64,000 bases of DNA from Caldisericota bacterium. Lineage in GTDB: Bacteria; Caldisericota; JANLFM01. The notes under the pieces are model-generated. The model had not been told where the DNA came from. It was given only the letters and a program-made list of their open reading frames with translations, and made no database searches. Below are positions 1-10,120 of this stretch, one piece after another (the first letter of the stretch is position 1; the number at the start of each line of letters is the position of its first letter). The DNA lies in contig JANLFL010000002.1 in NCBI GenBank assembly GCA_024655965.1, positions 115,129 to 179,128 on the forward strand, read 5' to 3'. The translations under genes and the position numbers were made by a program.

Positions 1-1995
1 GGCCACTCTTCCGGGAAGATCGGGGGTGGAGGGGTCGTTCTCCGCCGTCCTGGTCATGATGACCTGGATCCCCGCGCCTTCGAGAAGGGTCCTCAAGCGG
101 AGGGCGATGTCCAGGTTAATGGTGCTCTCCTTGGTTCCCGATGGTCCGATTGCCCCACCATCGTAGAAGCCCTCGGGAGTTGTCCTTCCGTGACCGGGAT
201 CGATCACAACCCTCCTTCCCGAAGGGTTGGGGGTGAGGCTCCCCGGCCTTTGGGCGCTGATTTTCAAGCCAAACCCTTCTTGGGGGACATCGATGGCATA
301 AGCCTGAGCCCGCCCCAAATGCAGGGTCACGGTCAGGGGACCGGCGCCCGTGGTGGTGGAGCGGGTAACATCCACCAGCATTCCCGTGGAACTTACGGTA
401 CGGGGCAGGAAGTAAGCCCGGGGGATGGTCAGATATAGCAGGTTGCTTTCGTCGTCGTACTTTTGCTGGAAGATAAGTGGGGCTGTGCTTTGAAGCCTGA
501 CCTCCGATTGAACAGTGCCATCCGGTCCCGGGGTCTCGAGGGATTCGATCTTTAAAATCTGGGGATCCAGATTTATTACCTCCCTCTGGGAATTCCAGCT
601 GGGATAAAGCCCCAGGACATCCAGAGAGGATTCCATGGGGATGTAGACCTCGCCTTTGGATATTACCGCGGGTTGGGCCAAGCGAATCTGGGAAACTCCT
701 TCCTTCTCCTCCAGAAGGGCGCGGCTGTCCCCGTTTGAGAAATAAAAGGTCCTGTTCCCAATCTCCAGGGAGGCGGAGCTGGAATTGGGATCAACCTTCA
801 CCGAAGCGAAAAGATAACTGGAAATGGGGGAAAGGGGGATGTAAATCAGGGGACCGTTTTTCAGGTAATTTACCTCCTGGGGAAGCTCGGTTCCCTCCAC
901 CACCAGGTGGGGTGCCTGGGCCTTTACCTTGATGGTCAACTGTCCGGGAACGCTGTCCATCCGGGAGAACTCCAGGGGTCTCTTCAGATCAATGAACAGC
1001 CGGACCCGATTCCCATCAAGCGCCCGGATCCGCGCCCGGAGGACGTCTCCCTTCTTGATGGAATAAAGCGCCCCCTGAGCGGGGAATTGGGCATAGGGAA
1101 GGTCAAGGACTATCCGGTCAGGGTTCCCCAAAAGGGTGGGGGTGCCAGTGAGGTAGCCCTTTCCCCTCAAGGTAATTAACAGGTCTCCATCCTGCATCTT
1201 CCAATCAAGGCTTTCCACGGTGGCAACGGGCCATTCGGAAACGAACTCCGCCTGGATGCTGTTGACCCATCCCTTCTCTCCGTCGAGCAGCTCCAGAAGG
1301 TACCAGGTATCCTTCCGCCAATCCTGGGATACCCCGATTACCTTTCCCCCTGAATCAGGAGGGAGGTTGGCGCGGGGCTCGTGTTCTAATCCTGGTCCCT
1401 TGCGGAAAGGGGCAAGCTGGGTTATGCGGAGGAGTCTTCCGACGGCTTCAGTGGAGGTGAAAGTGAGTTCCGGGGAGACCTCCAGAAGTTCCTGGAAAAC
1501 CCACCCCGAATCCCCGGCTGGCGTTTCCACCTGAAACCAGAGCTCGTCCTCCAGAGTCCAGGATGACCCCACAACCTTTACCGGCGTCCCCTCCTCAAGG
1601 GTGCCGATCACGTCGAAGGCCGCGGATGGCCCGGAGCGCAGGTTGGAGAAGCTGTTTATGATTGCCGTGTTCCCTGAAGGGACATTTGAGGGTACCTCTT
1701 CAAGGGTCACCAGCCAGGAGGCGATCCATCCCTCCAGATCGAGGGAAGGAACGTAAACGTAGTACCAGGTCCTCCCCTCGATATCCAGGTCCTGGTCGTA
1801 GACGATCAATTCCGTCCCGTATTCTAAGGTGTAAAGGAGTTCGTATTCAGTACCTGGTCCGGAACGGAGGTTGGCAATTTCACCCGTGACATAGGCTTTC
1901 TGCTCCCCCTGGGCAAAGGAATAGGGGGGAAGCAAAAGAGCAACGAGGATTATAAGCCAAAAATATTTTAAAGCCTTTCTTTTCAGAAGGCGCAC
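1..1995 (-). CDS. Secreted N-acetylmuramoyl-L-alanine amidase (Amidase_3) with three N-terminal SH3b domains; runs off the left edge of the window
   Basis: Translated by hand (absent from the ORF track). GTG at 1995, signal peptide VRLLKRKALKYFWLIILVALLLPPYSFA, SH3b repeats (ANLRSGPGTEY...GWIASWLV; NLRSGPSAAF...GWVF; FRKGPG...GWVN). Amidase motif VVIDPGHG...E...NLDIA...VIMTR near the window start, in the same frame. Confidence 0.85.
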   Translation of the reverse strand, partial: MRLLKRKALKYFWLIILVALLLPPYSFAQGEQKAYVTGEIANLRSGPGTEYELLYTLEYGTELIVYDQDLDIEGRTWYYVYVPSLDLEGWIASWLVTLEEVPSNVPSGNTAIINSFSNLRSGPSAAFDVIGTLEEGTPVKVVGSSWTLEDELWFQVETPAGDSGWVFQELLEVSPELTFTSTEAVGRLLRITQLAPFRKGPGLEHEPRANLPPDSGGKVIGVSQDWRKDTWYLLELLDGEKGWVNSIQAEFVSEWPVATVESLDWKMQDGDLLITLRGKGYLTGTPTLLGNPDRIVLDLPYAQFPAQGALYSIKKGDVLRARIRALDGNRVRLFIDLKRPLEFSRMDSVPGQLTIKVKAQAPHLVVEGTELPQEVNYLKNGPLIYIPLSPISSYLFASVKVDPNSSSASLEIGNRTFYFSNGDSRALLEEKEGVSQIRLAQPAVISKGEVYIPMESSLDVLGLYPSWNSQREVINLDPQILKIESLETPGPDGTVQSEVRLQSTAPLIFQQKYDDESNLLYLTIPRAYFLPRTVSSTGMLVDVTRSTTTGAGPLTVTLHLGRAQAYAIDVPQEGFGLKISAQRPGSLTPNPSGRRVVIDPGHGRTTPEGFYDGGAIGPSGTKESTINLDIALRLRTLLEGAGIQVIMTRTAENDPSTPDLPGRVA

Positions 1996-2247
1996 TCCCT
2001 TCTTTTTGATTTCCGATATTACCACACCTTTCCCCGCCTGGGAACGAAGGAGTTTTCCCCTCCCTCCTCTTTGACGAATGTCCGGGCAAAAGTGATGGTT
2101 TCCGGAATCTTTACCCCTTTTCCGAAAGAGGGCAAGGAGAGTTTTTCCCATGCCCTTTAGGCGATTTTCAGGAGCTTTTTTAAAGCCTTTGGACGAACCC
2201 CGTGGTAATATTTCTCATATGAAAAAGAGGAGATTGGAAGGGTAAAA

Positions 2248-3474
2248 ATGGAAGTTCCCCTGTGGGCATCGGTCCCCTTCGCGCTGATGCTCCTTTCAAT
2301 AGCCCTTTTCCCCCTGATTAACCTCCACTGGTGGGAGAAGAATTACCCCCTCGTGGCGATCGCCCTTGGGATTCTGGGTCTTTCCCTTTACCTTTTCCTC
2401 TCCAGGGACCTGGAGACTGTCTGGCATACAGCGCTGGAATACTTCTCCTTCATTTCTTTGATCGGCTCGCTTTTCGTAGTCACGGGAGGAATTCTGATCC
2501 GCATTGAGGGACCGGCGACTCCCTGGGTCAATGCCCTGATCCTTTTTTTAGGTGCGGCAATTTCCAACGTCATCGGGACAACCGGGGCATCCATGCTCTT
2601 GATCCGCCCCTTTTTGAGGTTGAACAAGGGAAGGTTGAAGCCCTACCTGGTAATATTTTTCATATTCATTGTTTCCAATATCGGAGGGGCCTTAACCCCC
2701 ATCGGTGATCCTCCTCTATTCCTGGGATACCTAAAAGGGATTCCCTTCTTCTGGCTGGTGGAGCACGTATGGTTCATCTGGCTTTTCACTCTTGCCCTGG
2801 TCCTAGGGGTCTTCCTCTTCTTCGACTTCCGCAACCGGAAGGGGCTGGATGAGCCAGCATTTGCTGGAAAGCCCGGGCTTTTTTTTCTGGGAAAAAGGAG
2901 CCTGATATTCCTTGGCTTGATCATCATTGCCGTCTTCCTTCCCACACCAATTAGAGAACTCATCATGATTGCGTCGGCCCTGGCATCCTATTTCCTCACT
3001 CCCAGATCGGTGCATATAGACAACGACTTCTCCTTCGATCCGATAAAGGAAGTGGCCATCCTTTTTTTGGGGATTTTCGCAACCATGATTCCCGCGCTGA
3101 AGTTCCTCGAAACCCATGGCCACAGCCTGGGGCTTACCACTCCCGGGCAGTTCTTCTGGATAACGGGGTCGCTTTCTTCCTTCCTGGACAACGCGCCAAC
3201 TTACCTGACCTTCTTAACCACCGCCATGGGAGCGCTGGGGCTCGACATTCACGGGCTTTTAGCCCAGACCCCCAAGGATGTGGTGGCAATTTCCCTGGGT
3301 GCGGTATTTTTCGGAGCCATGACTTACATCGGGAACGGACCAAACTTCATGGTGAAGTGCATTTCCGACCGGACCGGTCTAAAGTGCCCTTCATTCCTCG
3401 GTTATATCATCCGGTACTCCCTGCCCATCCTTGTTCCGGTATTCCTCCTGGTTTGGCTCCTGTTTATTAGATAA
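2248..3474 (+). CDS. Putative Na+/H+ antiporter / ion transporter (IT superfamily)
   Basis: 408 aa, highly hydrophobic; SNIGGALTPIGDPPLFLG, LSSFLDNAPTY and GAMTYIGNGPNFMVK motifs. Confidence 0.8.
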   Translation: MEVPLWASVPFALMLLSIALFPLINLHWWEKNYPLVAIALGILGLSLYLFLSRDLETVWHTALEYFSFISLIGSLFVVTGGILIRIEGPATPWVNALILFLGAAISNVIGTTGASMLLIRPFLRLNKGRLKPYLVIFFIFIVSNIGGALTPIGDPPLFLGYLKGIPFFWLVEHVWFIWLFTLALVLGVFLFFDFRNRKGLDEPAFAGKPGLFFLGKRSLIFLGLIIIAVFLPTPIRELIMIASALASYFLTPRSVHIDNDFSFDPIKEVAILFLGIFATMIPALKFLETHGHSLGLTTPGQFFWITGSLSSFLDNAPTYLTFLTTAMGALGLDIHGLLAQTPKDVVAISLGAVFFGAMTYIGNGPNFMVKCISDRTGLKCPSFLGYIIRYSLPILVPVFLLVWLLFIR

Positions 3475-4077
3475 TTCCCTGACCATCACAAAAAAGCCAA
3501 CCTTTCCCACGGTAAATTCCCTCTCAATTCGGAAGTCCTCCGCAAGGTAAAGGGAAATCGCCCCTTTATTTTCCTTTTCCACCTCAAGCTGAACTTTGGG
3601 AGTTTTGGCTTCAGCGAAGACCCTTCGAAGCAAAGCCCTCCCGATACCCTTTCCCCTCGCCCGAGGAACCACCCCCAGAAAGAGAACCCTAAGGCAGGGG
3701 AATTTGGGCCGTGAAAGCCAGGCGGATTTTAATAGGGAAAAAAGAAAGGGGAGGGACTTCCAGCGGATCTCTCTCCAGAGTTTGCCAAAAAAGGATAGGA
3801 GGAACCCAAGAGGGGCGCTCCAGTTTGAGGGAATGCAGAGGACCGCGCCAAGCGAGGCGCCGCCCTCTCTGAAGATCCAGGCCCGGGATTTCCCACTTTT
3901 TAGAAAAAATTCAGAAGCAATCCGGAAAAACCGGGGAAAATTTTCCCGAGGGAAGCGCTTTAACCGGCGCAGGGCCTCATCTTCGGAAAAAGCCTCACCC
4001 AGGACCGAGGAGATTTCCTCCCAATGGGAGGGGTCGGCGGGGAATATCCCGCTTTCTGAATCCTGCTTTTCCCCCAT
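3391..4077 (-). CDS. GNAT-family N-acetyltransferase
   Basis: Acetyl-CoA motif A LGVVPRARGKGIGRALL and motif B N..AISLY...F. Start at ATG 4077 or 4116 uncertain; 3' end overlaps the convergent antiporter gene by 84 nt. Confidence 0.75.
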   Translation of the reverse strand: MGEKQDSESGIFPADPSHWEEISSVLGEAFSEDEALRRLKRFPRENFPRFFRIASEFFLKSGKSRAWIFREGGASLGAVLCIPSNWSAPLGFLLSFFGKLWREIRWKSLPFLFSLLKSAWLSRPKFPCLRVLFLGVVPRARGKGIGRALLRRVFAEAKTPKVQLEVEKENKGAISLYLAEDFRIEREFTVGKVGFFVMVRELSNKQEPNQEEYRNKDGQGVPDDITEE

Positions 4078-4300
4078 TGACCCTTCGTTTCCAGTGACCC
4101 CTTCAAGCCAATTCATTTCTCTCCTCGGATCGGTCTTTTTTAAATCTTCGGTCCCTTTTGCCCTGCCTCTTTTCTAATGGCGCTTCCCCCTCTGGAAGGC
4201 CTGTCCTCCAACCTAAAGTCCCCCGACTTAAAAAATCCCCGGGCTTCATTAATCCCAATTCGGAAAGGATGGCGGGGACACCTCCTTCAAAATCTGGACT

Positions 4301-4840
4301 TTAACCCCCTTCCCTTTCCTTGATGAGGGCCTCGAGGTAGTACTTCTCGCTTCCGGGCTCAAAGCAGACCAGCCTAACGATCAGGTCGTTTTCCTCGAGG
4401 AACGATTTTACCTCCCGGATGGCGATCCTGGCTGCCAGGTCCTTGGGGAAGCCATAAGCCCCCGTGGAGATGGCGGGAAAAGAAACGGTTTTCACCCCCA
4501 GATCCTTGGCAAGTTGAAGGCTCCTTTTATAGCAGGAAGCAAGGAGCTCTGGCTCCCCGGCCCTTCCGCCCCTCCAGATTGGGCCAACGGTGTGAATGAT
4601 GTATTTGGCTTTCAACCGGTACCCCCCTGTCACCTTGGCATCGCCGGTTTTACAACCCCCCAGTTTCCGGCATTCCTCGAGGAGTTGAGGGCCAGCCTTC
4701 CGATGGATTGCCCCGTCCACCCCTCCCCCGCCGAGGAGCGTGGTATTGGCAGCGTTCACAATGGCATCCACTTCCTCTTCGGTGATGTCCCCGACCACAA
4801 TCTGCAGGTTTCCCTCCGAGTAAACCACCACGTTTCCCAC
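4301..4840 (-). CDS. ymdB: Macrodomain protein (O-acetyl-ADP-ribose deacetylase, YmdB/MacroD-like)
   Basis: [28 protein letters not shown] and [12 protein letters not shown] motifs; AAGGAGG RBS. Confidence 0.9.
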   Translation of the reverse strand: MGNVVVYSEGNLQIVVGDITEEEVDAIVNAANTTLLGGGGVDGAIHRKAGPQLLEECRKLGGCKTGDAKVTGGYRLKAKYIIHTVGPIWRGGRAGEPELLASCYKRSLQLAKDLGVKTVSFPAISTGAYGFPKDLAARIAIREVKSFLEENDLIVRLVCFEPGSEKYYLEALIKEREGG

Positions 4841-5190
4841 TCCCGAACCTCCTTCAGTTTTTTGATACCACTTCTATTATGCCAATCGGGGTTTATTTTT
4901 CCATTTCATCAAATTTTTAGAAGAGAAGTTTCCGGGGAATTCCCCTTTTTGGCGAAAAAAGCAAGGCTCTCAAAAAAATTCAGGGTGGGCGATTGCCTTT
5001 TCCAGAGCTTAGAATAAGTACCAAACCGGGGGTTCTTCCAAATGCCTCTCCAGGAGTGAAACCGGAGAATCAATCCTTCATTTTATCTTGGCTGGAGGAA
5101 TTATTTCGGACAAAATAAGCCTCCATTTTTTCATAAAGAAGTTTCAGGAAGAGAAGGAAAAAGATATGGCCCCCTTGGTGAGACAAAAAA

Positions 5191-5539
5191 TGGTGGAGGC
5201 GGCGGGAGTCGAACCCGCGTCCAAAAGGCTTACCCCAAAGGCCTCTACGAGCGTAGCCTGTATTTTCTCTCGTCCCCGGACCTCCCACAGGCAGGATTTC
5301 CGGAAACCAGCCCGAGTTTGCTTCTCCTGGCTGCCCTCAGGCGGGGCTCACCAGAGAGGCCCTGCTGTTTGACGCCCTTCCCGCCCCGCAGGGTGAGAGC
5401 CGAGAAGGACGGCTAACGCTTAAGCGTAAGCTACTTGGTAGTTGTTGGCACTTATTGTGCGCCGCAGTGATTTAAGAGGTCTGCGACCACCTCTACTCGC
5501 CACCTTTGCCTTCAGCCTCTGTCGAAACCTTGCGCCCCC
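5191..5539 (-). ncRNA. ssrA: tmRNA
   Basis: 5' GGGGGCG...TTCGAC and 3' GGGTTCGACTCCCGCCGCCTCCACCA tRNA-like ends; internal tag ORF ANNYQVAYA* at 5449-5420; smpB 1.2 kb away. Confidence 0.95.
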
Positions 5540-5633
5540 TCAAATTCATTTTATCACAAATTGAAACGCAAAAAAGGAAAAGTTCATTCCCTGATGAACG
5601 AAAAGGGAAATTTTTGGGTCTAATCATTGGAAA

Positions 5634-6773
5634 ATGAGGAGACGATATTTGGCAAAGATCATTATTTCCGGGCTTCTCTTTGCCCTACTATTTATTTTTT
5701 TCCCCTCCGGGGTCCTTGCATCGAATGAGGAGCTCGCAAGCGAACATTTCCGCTTCCTGTTCGATGACCCTTCCTTAAAGGAAAAGGTCGCCTCCCTCTC
5801 TTCCCAGCGGGAAGCCTTCATCGATTTTTTCAAAGGAAAATTCCCGGGGGCTAAGGACCCGGGATTAATCGAATGCTATATCTTCAATTCCTGGAAGGAA
5901 GCCTTCGAGAAAGCCTCTGGGCTTCCCGAAGGCTCAGCCTATAACGTTTATAGCGGTGGGGAATTCCAGAGAAGCGAGGAGGTCGCCCTGGCTGTGAAAA
6001 ATTCGCTGGGGGAAAGCGCTTCCTTCCTCCAGAGCGGGTTGGTCAAACTCCTCTGGGACGAGTTCCGGGGATTCGGGCCCCACACCTCGGTCCTCCTCCT
6101 TCTTAAGGAACATCAATTCTACACCCCTTACGATATGATGTACCGCCCCTATTCCCTCTATTCCACCTGCACTTTTTCCTCCTTCCTGGCCTTTCTCAAC
6201 GAGACATACGGCCGAGAGAAACTCTTGAGCCTCCTTTCAAGCGTCAAGGACTACATGCTAACCAAGGGACAGAGCTTCCTGATCCTCCAGACCTTCCAGG
6301 GAATTTACGGAAAAAGCATCGATCAACTGACCAAAGAATGGAAGGATTTTCTCTTGAGCCTCCCCAGCCCTCCATATGATTCAAAAACCTACGCAGAGGC
6401 TGCGGAGTTCATAAACAAAGCCGGGGCGGAGTTCTACCTCTGGATCGATTTTCCCAATTTTCAGGAAATCCTGGAGAACTACGGTGTTTTGAATTTCTAC
6501 TTCGACAATTTCGACATGGAAAAGACCCGGGGCAAATTGGCCCAGACAAGGGAAATGGTCGCTCAGAGCGAAAAAGCGTGGAAATCTGTCAGGAACCCGG
6601 TAACCTATTTCATCTGGGGAGGGGTTGCCCTGGGAGCGATCCTCTTTTCGGTTTCCCTTTATCTGATAATCATGGCCCAGATCAACAAAAGGAAAGCCCT
6701 GGCTTTCAGGAAAAAACGAGAAAAGGAGGAGAAGAACTTCGAGGATTTCCTGGAGGGAAAATCGAAGGATTAA
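5634..6773 (+). CDS. Membrane-anchored extracellular protein with a degenerate peptidase-MA-like domain
   Basis: Signal peptide; C-terminal TM helix plus basic tail; SFLAFLNETYGREKL...FQGIYGKSIDQLTKEW resembles the MA-like C-terminal helices; no HExxH. Confidence 0.6.
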   Translation: MRRRYLAKIIISGLLFALLFIFFPSGVLASNEELASEHFRFLFDDPSLKEKVASLSSQREAFIDFFKGKFPGAKDPGLIECYIFNSWKEAFEKASGLPEGSAYNVYSGGEFQRSEEVALAVKNSLGESASFLQSGLVKLLWDEFRGFGPHTSVLLLLKEHQFYTPYDMMYRPYSLYSTCTFSSFLAFLNETYGREKLLSLLSSVKDYMLTKGQSFLILQTFQGIYGKSIDQLTKEWKDFLLSLPSPPYDSKTYAEAAEFINKAGAEFYLWIDFPNFQEILENYGVLNFYFDNFDMEKTRGKLAQTREMVAQSEKAWKSVRNPVTYFIWGGVALGAILFSVSLYLIIMAQINKRKALAFRKKREKEEKNFEDFLEGKSKD

Positions 6774-6776
6774 AGG

Positions 6777-7253
6777 TCAGCGCACCTTCCTCAATTTTGC
6801 CTTCATGGCTTCCGCAATTGCCCTTCTTTCCTCTTTCCTCCGAATCGCCTCCCTTTTATCGTATTCCTTCTTGCCCCTGGCGAGGGCGATCTCCAGTTTT
6901 GCCAAGTGGTTCTTCAGGTAAAGACGGAGGGGAATTATGGTCAAGCCCTTCTCCAGGGACTTCCCCTGAAGCCGGCGAATCTCCCACTTGTGAAGGAGAA
7001 GTTTCCTTTTCCGGGTGGGGTCATGAGCGAACATTGCAGCAGGCTTGTAGCTCCCGATATGCAGGTTGAACACATAAGCTTCACCGTTTTCCACCTTAAC
7101 GAAGGAGTCAAGGAAATTCACCTTCCCTTCTCGGATGGCTTTTATTTCCGATCCGTAGAGGGAAAGCCCTGCTTCGAATTTCTCGAGAATTTCATAAAAG
7201 TGGGCGGCGCGGCGGTTGACCGCCACAACCTTAATCCCCTGATCCTTTTCCAT
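6777..7253 (-). CDS. smpB: SsrA-binding protein SmpB
   Basis: NRRA.HFYEI.EKFEAG..L.GSEIKAIR, HDPTRKRKLLLHK.EI and GKK.YDKRE motifs. Confidence 0.97.
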   Translation of the reverse strand: MEKDQGIKVVAVNRRAAHFYEILEKFEAGLSLYGSEIKAIREGKVNFLDSFVKVENGEAYVFNLHIGSYKPAAMFAHDPTRKRKLLLHKWEIRRLQGKSLEKGLTIIPLRLYLKNHLAKLEIALARGKKEYDKREAIRRKEERRAIAEAMKAKLRKVR

Positions 7254-7360
7254 TTCTCTTGCTCAAGGTCCTTTATTGTGAAAGGATAACACATAGAAGG
7301 GAAAGTAAAAAAGGAACAAGGCTGGCTTTCAGCCGTCAAAAATATCAGGAGAACGAGGGG

Positions 7361-9340
7361 ATGAATAACTCAATTAAAAACATTATTTTGACACTTTTGA
7401 TCTTTTGCATAGGTCTTCCCCCTTTATTTCTGGAAAAGGTGGAGACCGTGCTGGGGGAGGATGCTCCTTCAATTGCTTTTCAAGCCTCCTTCCAAAGGGA
7501 CTTCTACTATCCCGGAGAGATCGCGGAAATCAACCTGGAATTGGAGAACGGAGGGGCGGAAAGCGTCCAACTTTCCTTCACCTCCTCCCAGATTTACGAC
7601 CTGGAGATCACCGGGCCAAACTCCTACTTCTGGAGGTGGTCTCAGGGGAAGTTCTTCTTGACGGTGATCAATTCCATCACCCTTGCTCCTGGGGAAAAGA
7701 AGGTGTTTTCCGAATACTGGACCATTCCCCAGGGAGCAAGCCCGGGGAAGTACTTTTTAAAGGCCCGGATAACCTCCTCCGATTTTCCCCTTGAGGGCTC
7801 TTCAAGCGTTGAAGTAAGGGAGGGAGGAAAATGGGAGGAGGTCTTCCTTCAGGACGACAGCGGGGACGTGATTTTAATTTCCACCTTCAAGGAGGATTTC
7901 CTGAAATCCCTTCGGGATTCCCAAAAAGACCAGGAAACCTGGGTCAGCGGAAAGGTGATCAGGACGGAAAACCCCCCCTGGAATTTCTCCTTCCTTCCCG
8001 ACTCCCTCACCCTCTCCCCTTCCCAACCCGCTCAGGTTGTCCCGGGACTTTGGGAACTCCAGGAAAACCTGGATCGCTGGACGGGCGTCCCCACAGTTTC
8101 TTTAAGGCTTAAACCCCTTTCCTGGCTGGAGGAAGTCCCCTTCTCGGATCTTCAGGGCCACTGGGCGAAACCCCCCATCCTCGCTTTATTCAAATTTGGG
8201 ATAGTGAACGGCTACCCTGACGGGACATTCCGACCTGATGGCCTTCTCACCAGGGCAGAATTCGCAAAGATGGTGGTTCTGGCATTAAAACTCTCCCTGG
8301 TTCAGTTCCCCACCCCGTCCTACTCCGACGTTCCCCGAGACCACTGGGGATATTTGTACATCGAGACTGCCTCCAGGGCAGGCCTGTTCATGGGTTTTCC
8401 CGGAGGGACCTTTCATCCCGAGGAGTTCGTCACCAGGGAACAGATATTAACGGTCATCGCCAGAAATGCAGGATGGATAGTTGACCCCCCTGAAAACCCT
8501 ACTTTCCCTGATCTGGAAAAGGATTACTGGGCCTTCCCTTATGTGGAACAGGCAATCAAGGAGGGATTCATGGAAAAGGAGGACAAAAGATTGACCGGGG
8601 ACCTCTGGGGGCCCGGGACCCCCGCAACCAGGGGTCAGGCAGCCCTACTTCTTTCCCGTCTTTACTTCCTCTTTGAGAAAAGGGCCGATAAAATCATCAT
8701 CCAGGCGGACCACGGAGGAGGCCTTGTCCCCATCGAAGCCCTCCGCCAGCACGTGGTGGGCTTCACCCTATACGGGGATGGAACATACATAACCGAAAGG
8801 AATGGCTTCGTCCGAACCGGAAAACTACCCTTCTGGCGGGTTCTTGATTTAATCACCTTCTTTTCCTCTTTCGGGTTTTTCCAGATGAAGGATTTTTACG
8901 AACCGGAGCCCAAGGTTTACGACGCTCCCTCCACCTATATCCGGGTGGAATCAGCAAAAGTGAAGAAAACAGTTTCCGAATACGCCTGGGGAGCCCCAGG
9001 GGAGTTCAGGTTCCTTTATACATTCCTCAAACGAAACGATTTTGGCCCCACCGAGGAGTTCGTCCCCCAAAGGAGCATCCTCTTCGTGAGCCTCCTCGGT
9101 CCCCTGGAGAACCTGAATCAAGACCAGAGAGCGAGGATTGTCCAGCTCCCGGAGGAGTTCGAAAAGGGGATTCCCCCTTTGAAGGAACTGGAAAAGAAAC
9201 CCGAGGGCTTCGAACTGAAACCAGAACTTTACTCCTTAATTGCCGGGCTTCTGGGAAACAACGGGCGGGTGATATTTGCCCTTCAGGATAACCTGGTTTA
9301 TTCCCTCACCGTCAAGATCTTCCTCCCCTATCAGGAATGA
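7361..9340 (+). CDS. SLH-domain surface protein with an N-terminal BsuPI-like (Ig-fold) domain
   Basis: Signal peptide from ATG 7361; LSFTSSQIYDL...WRWSQGKFF...TLAPGE; three SLH repeats (FSDL.GHWA...GIVNGYPDGTFRPD...TRAEFA). Confidence 0.8.
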   Translation: MNNSIKNIILTLLIFCIGLPPLFLEKVETVLGEDAPSIAFQASFQRDFYYPGEIAEINLELENGGAESVQLSFTSSQIYDLEITGPNSYFWRWSQGKFFLTVINSITLAPGEKKVFSEYWTIPQGASPGKYFLKARITSSDFPLEGSSSVEVREGGKWEEVFLQDDSGDVILISTFKEDFLKSLRDSQKDQETWVSGKVIRTENPPWNFSFLPDSLTLSPSQPAQVVPGLWELQENLDRWTGVPTVSLRLKPLSWLEEVPFSDLQGHWAKPPILALFKFGIVNGYPDGTFRPDGLLTRAEFAKMVVLALKLSLVQFPTPSYSDVPRDHWGYLYIETASRAGLFMGFPGGTFHPEEFVTREQILTVIARNAGWIVDPPENPTFPDLEKDYWAFPYVEQAIKEGFMEKEDKRLTGDLWGPGTPATRGQAALLLSRLYFLFEKRADKIIIQADHGGGLVPIEALRQHVVGFTLYGDGTYITERNGFVRTGKLPFWRVLDLITFFSSFGFFQMKDFYEPEPKVYDAPSTYIRVESAKVKKTVSEYAWGAPGEFRFLYTFLKRNDFGPTEEFVPQRSILFVSLLGPLENLNQDQRARIVQLPEEFEKGIPPLKELEKKPEGFELKPELYSLIAGLLGNNGRVIFALQDNLVYSLTVKIFLPYQE

Positions 9341-9490
9341 ACAGGGATAAAGGAAGAGGTGATTTTTTCCCTTTTTAACTGCGGTGATGGTTAAGGAACG
9401 GGGATTCCCAAAGGGATGGACCGAGGATTTCTGTCCTTTACTTGAAGTCCTCCGGGGAATATCATCAGAAAAAACGAGGAGGTGGTAAGT

Positions 9491-10120
9491 TTGCCCCTGA
9501 TAAAATTTGTGAGAAATTACCGGGACCTTTCGACCGATCGAGGATTCCAGTTCGAATTTTTTTGTGACATCTGCGAGAACGGCTATCAGAGCACATTCCA
9601 ACCCAGCAAATCGGGATCGATCAGCGATGCCCTTGAGGTCGCTGGAGGGATCTTCGGAGGACTCATCAGCCGGGCAAGCCGGGTAGGGGAAAAGGTTCAC
9701 TCCGCTCGCTGGGAAAAGGAACACGACGAGGCCTTCATTTCGGCCATCGAGGAAGTAAAAAATCATTTCAAACAATGCCCCAGATGCGGAAAGTGGGTCT
9801 GCCTTGAGGTCTGCTGGAATCAGGAACGTGGGCTTTGCGTGGACTGCGCCCCTAAACTGGCGGGGGAAATCGCCCACGCCCAATCGGAGGCAACCATCCA
9901 ACAGATTTCTCAGAAAGTAAAGGAAAAAGATTGGACCCAAGACCTCAATTTGGAAGCACCGGCTGTGGCAGTGTGTCCAAACTGCGGGGCTGATACCAAA
10001 GGGGCGAAGTTCTGTCCGGAGTGCGGAACTCCCCTCAGGGTAACGGGAAAGTGCCCCCGCTGCGGGGCAGAGACGGGAGGAGCCAAGTTCTGTCCGGAGT
10101 GCGGCTTTAAACTCACTTGA
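9491..10120 (+). CDS. Multi-zinc-ribbon protein (double zinc ribbon at the C-terminus)
   Basis: CxxC pairs CDIC, CPRC, C...C, CVDC, then CPNC-CPEC-CPRC-CPEC; GAGGAGG RBS before TTG 9491 (GTG 9482 is an alternative). Confidence 0.8.
   Translation: MPLIKFVRNYRDLSTDRGFQFEFFCDICENGYQSTFQPSKSGSISDALEVAGGIFGGLISRASRVGEKVHSARWEKEHDEAFISAIEEVKNHFKQCPRCGKWVCLEVCWNQERGLCVDCAPKLAGEIAHAQSEATIQQISQKVKEKDWTQDLNLEAPAVAVCPNCGADTKGAKFCPECGTPLRVTGKCPRCGAETGGAKFCPECGFKLT

Noticed and set aside
4860-5190. Possible genomic island integrated at the tmRNA 3' end
   Set aside because: No integrase gene and no duplicated ssrA 3' fragment were seen; downstream genes look like host genes.
5070-5372. ORFs overlapping the tmRNA
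   Set aside because: Spurious translations of the RNA gene.
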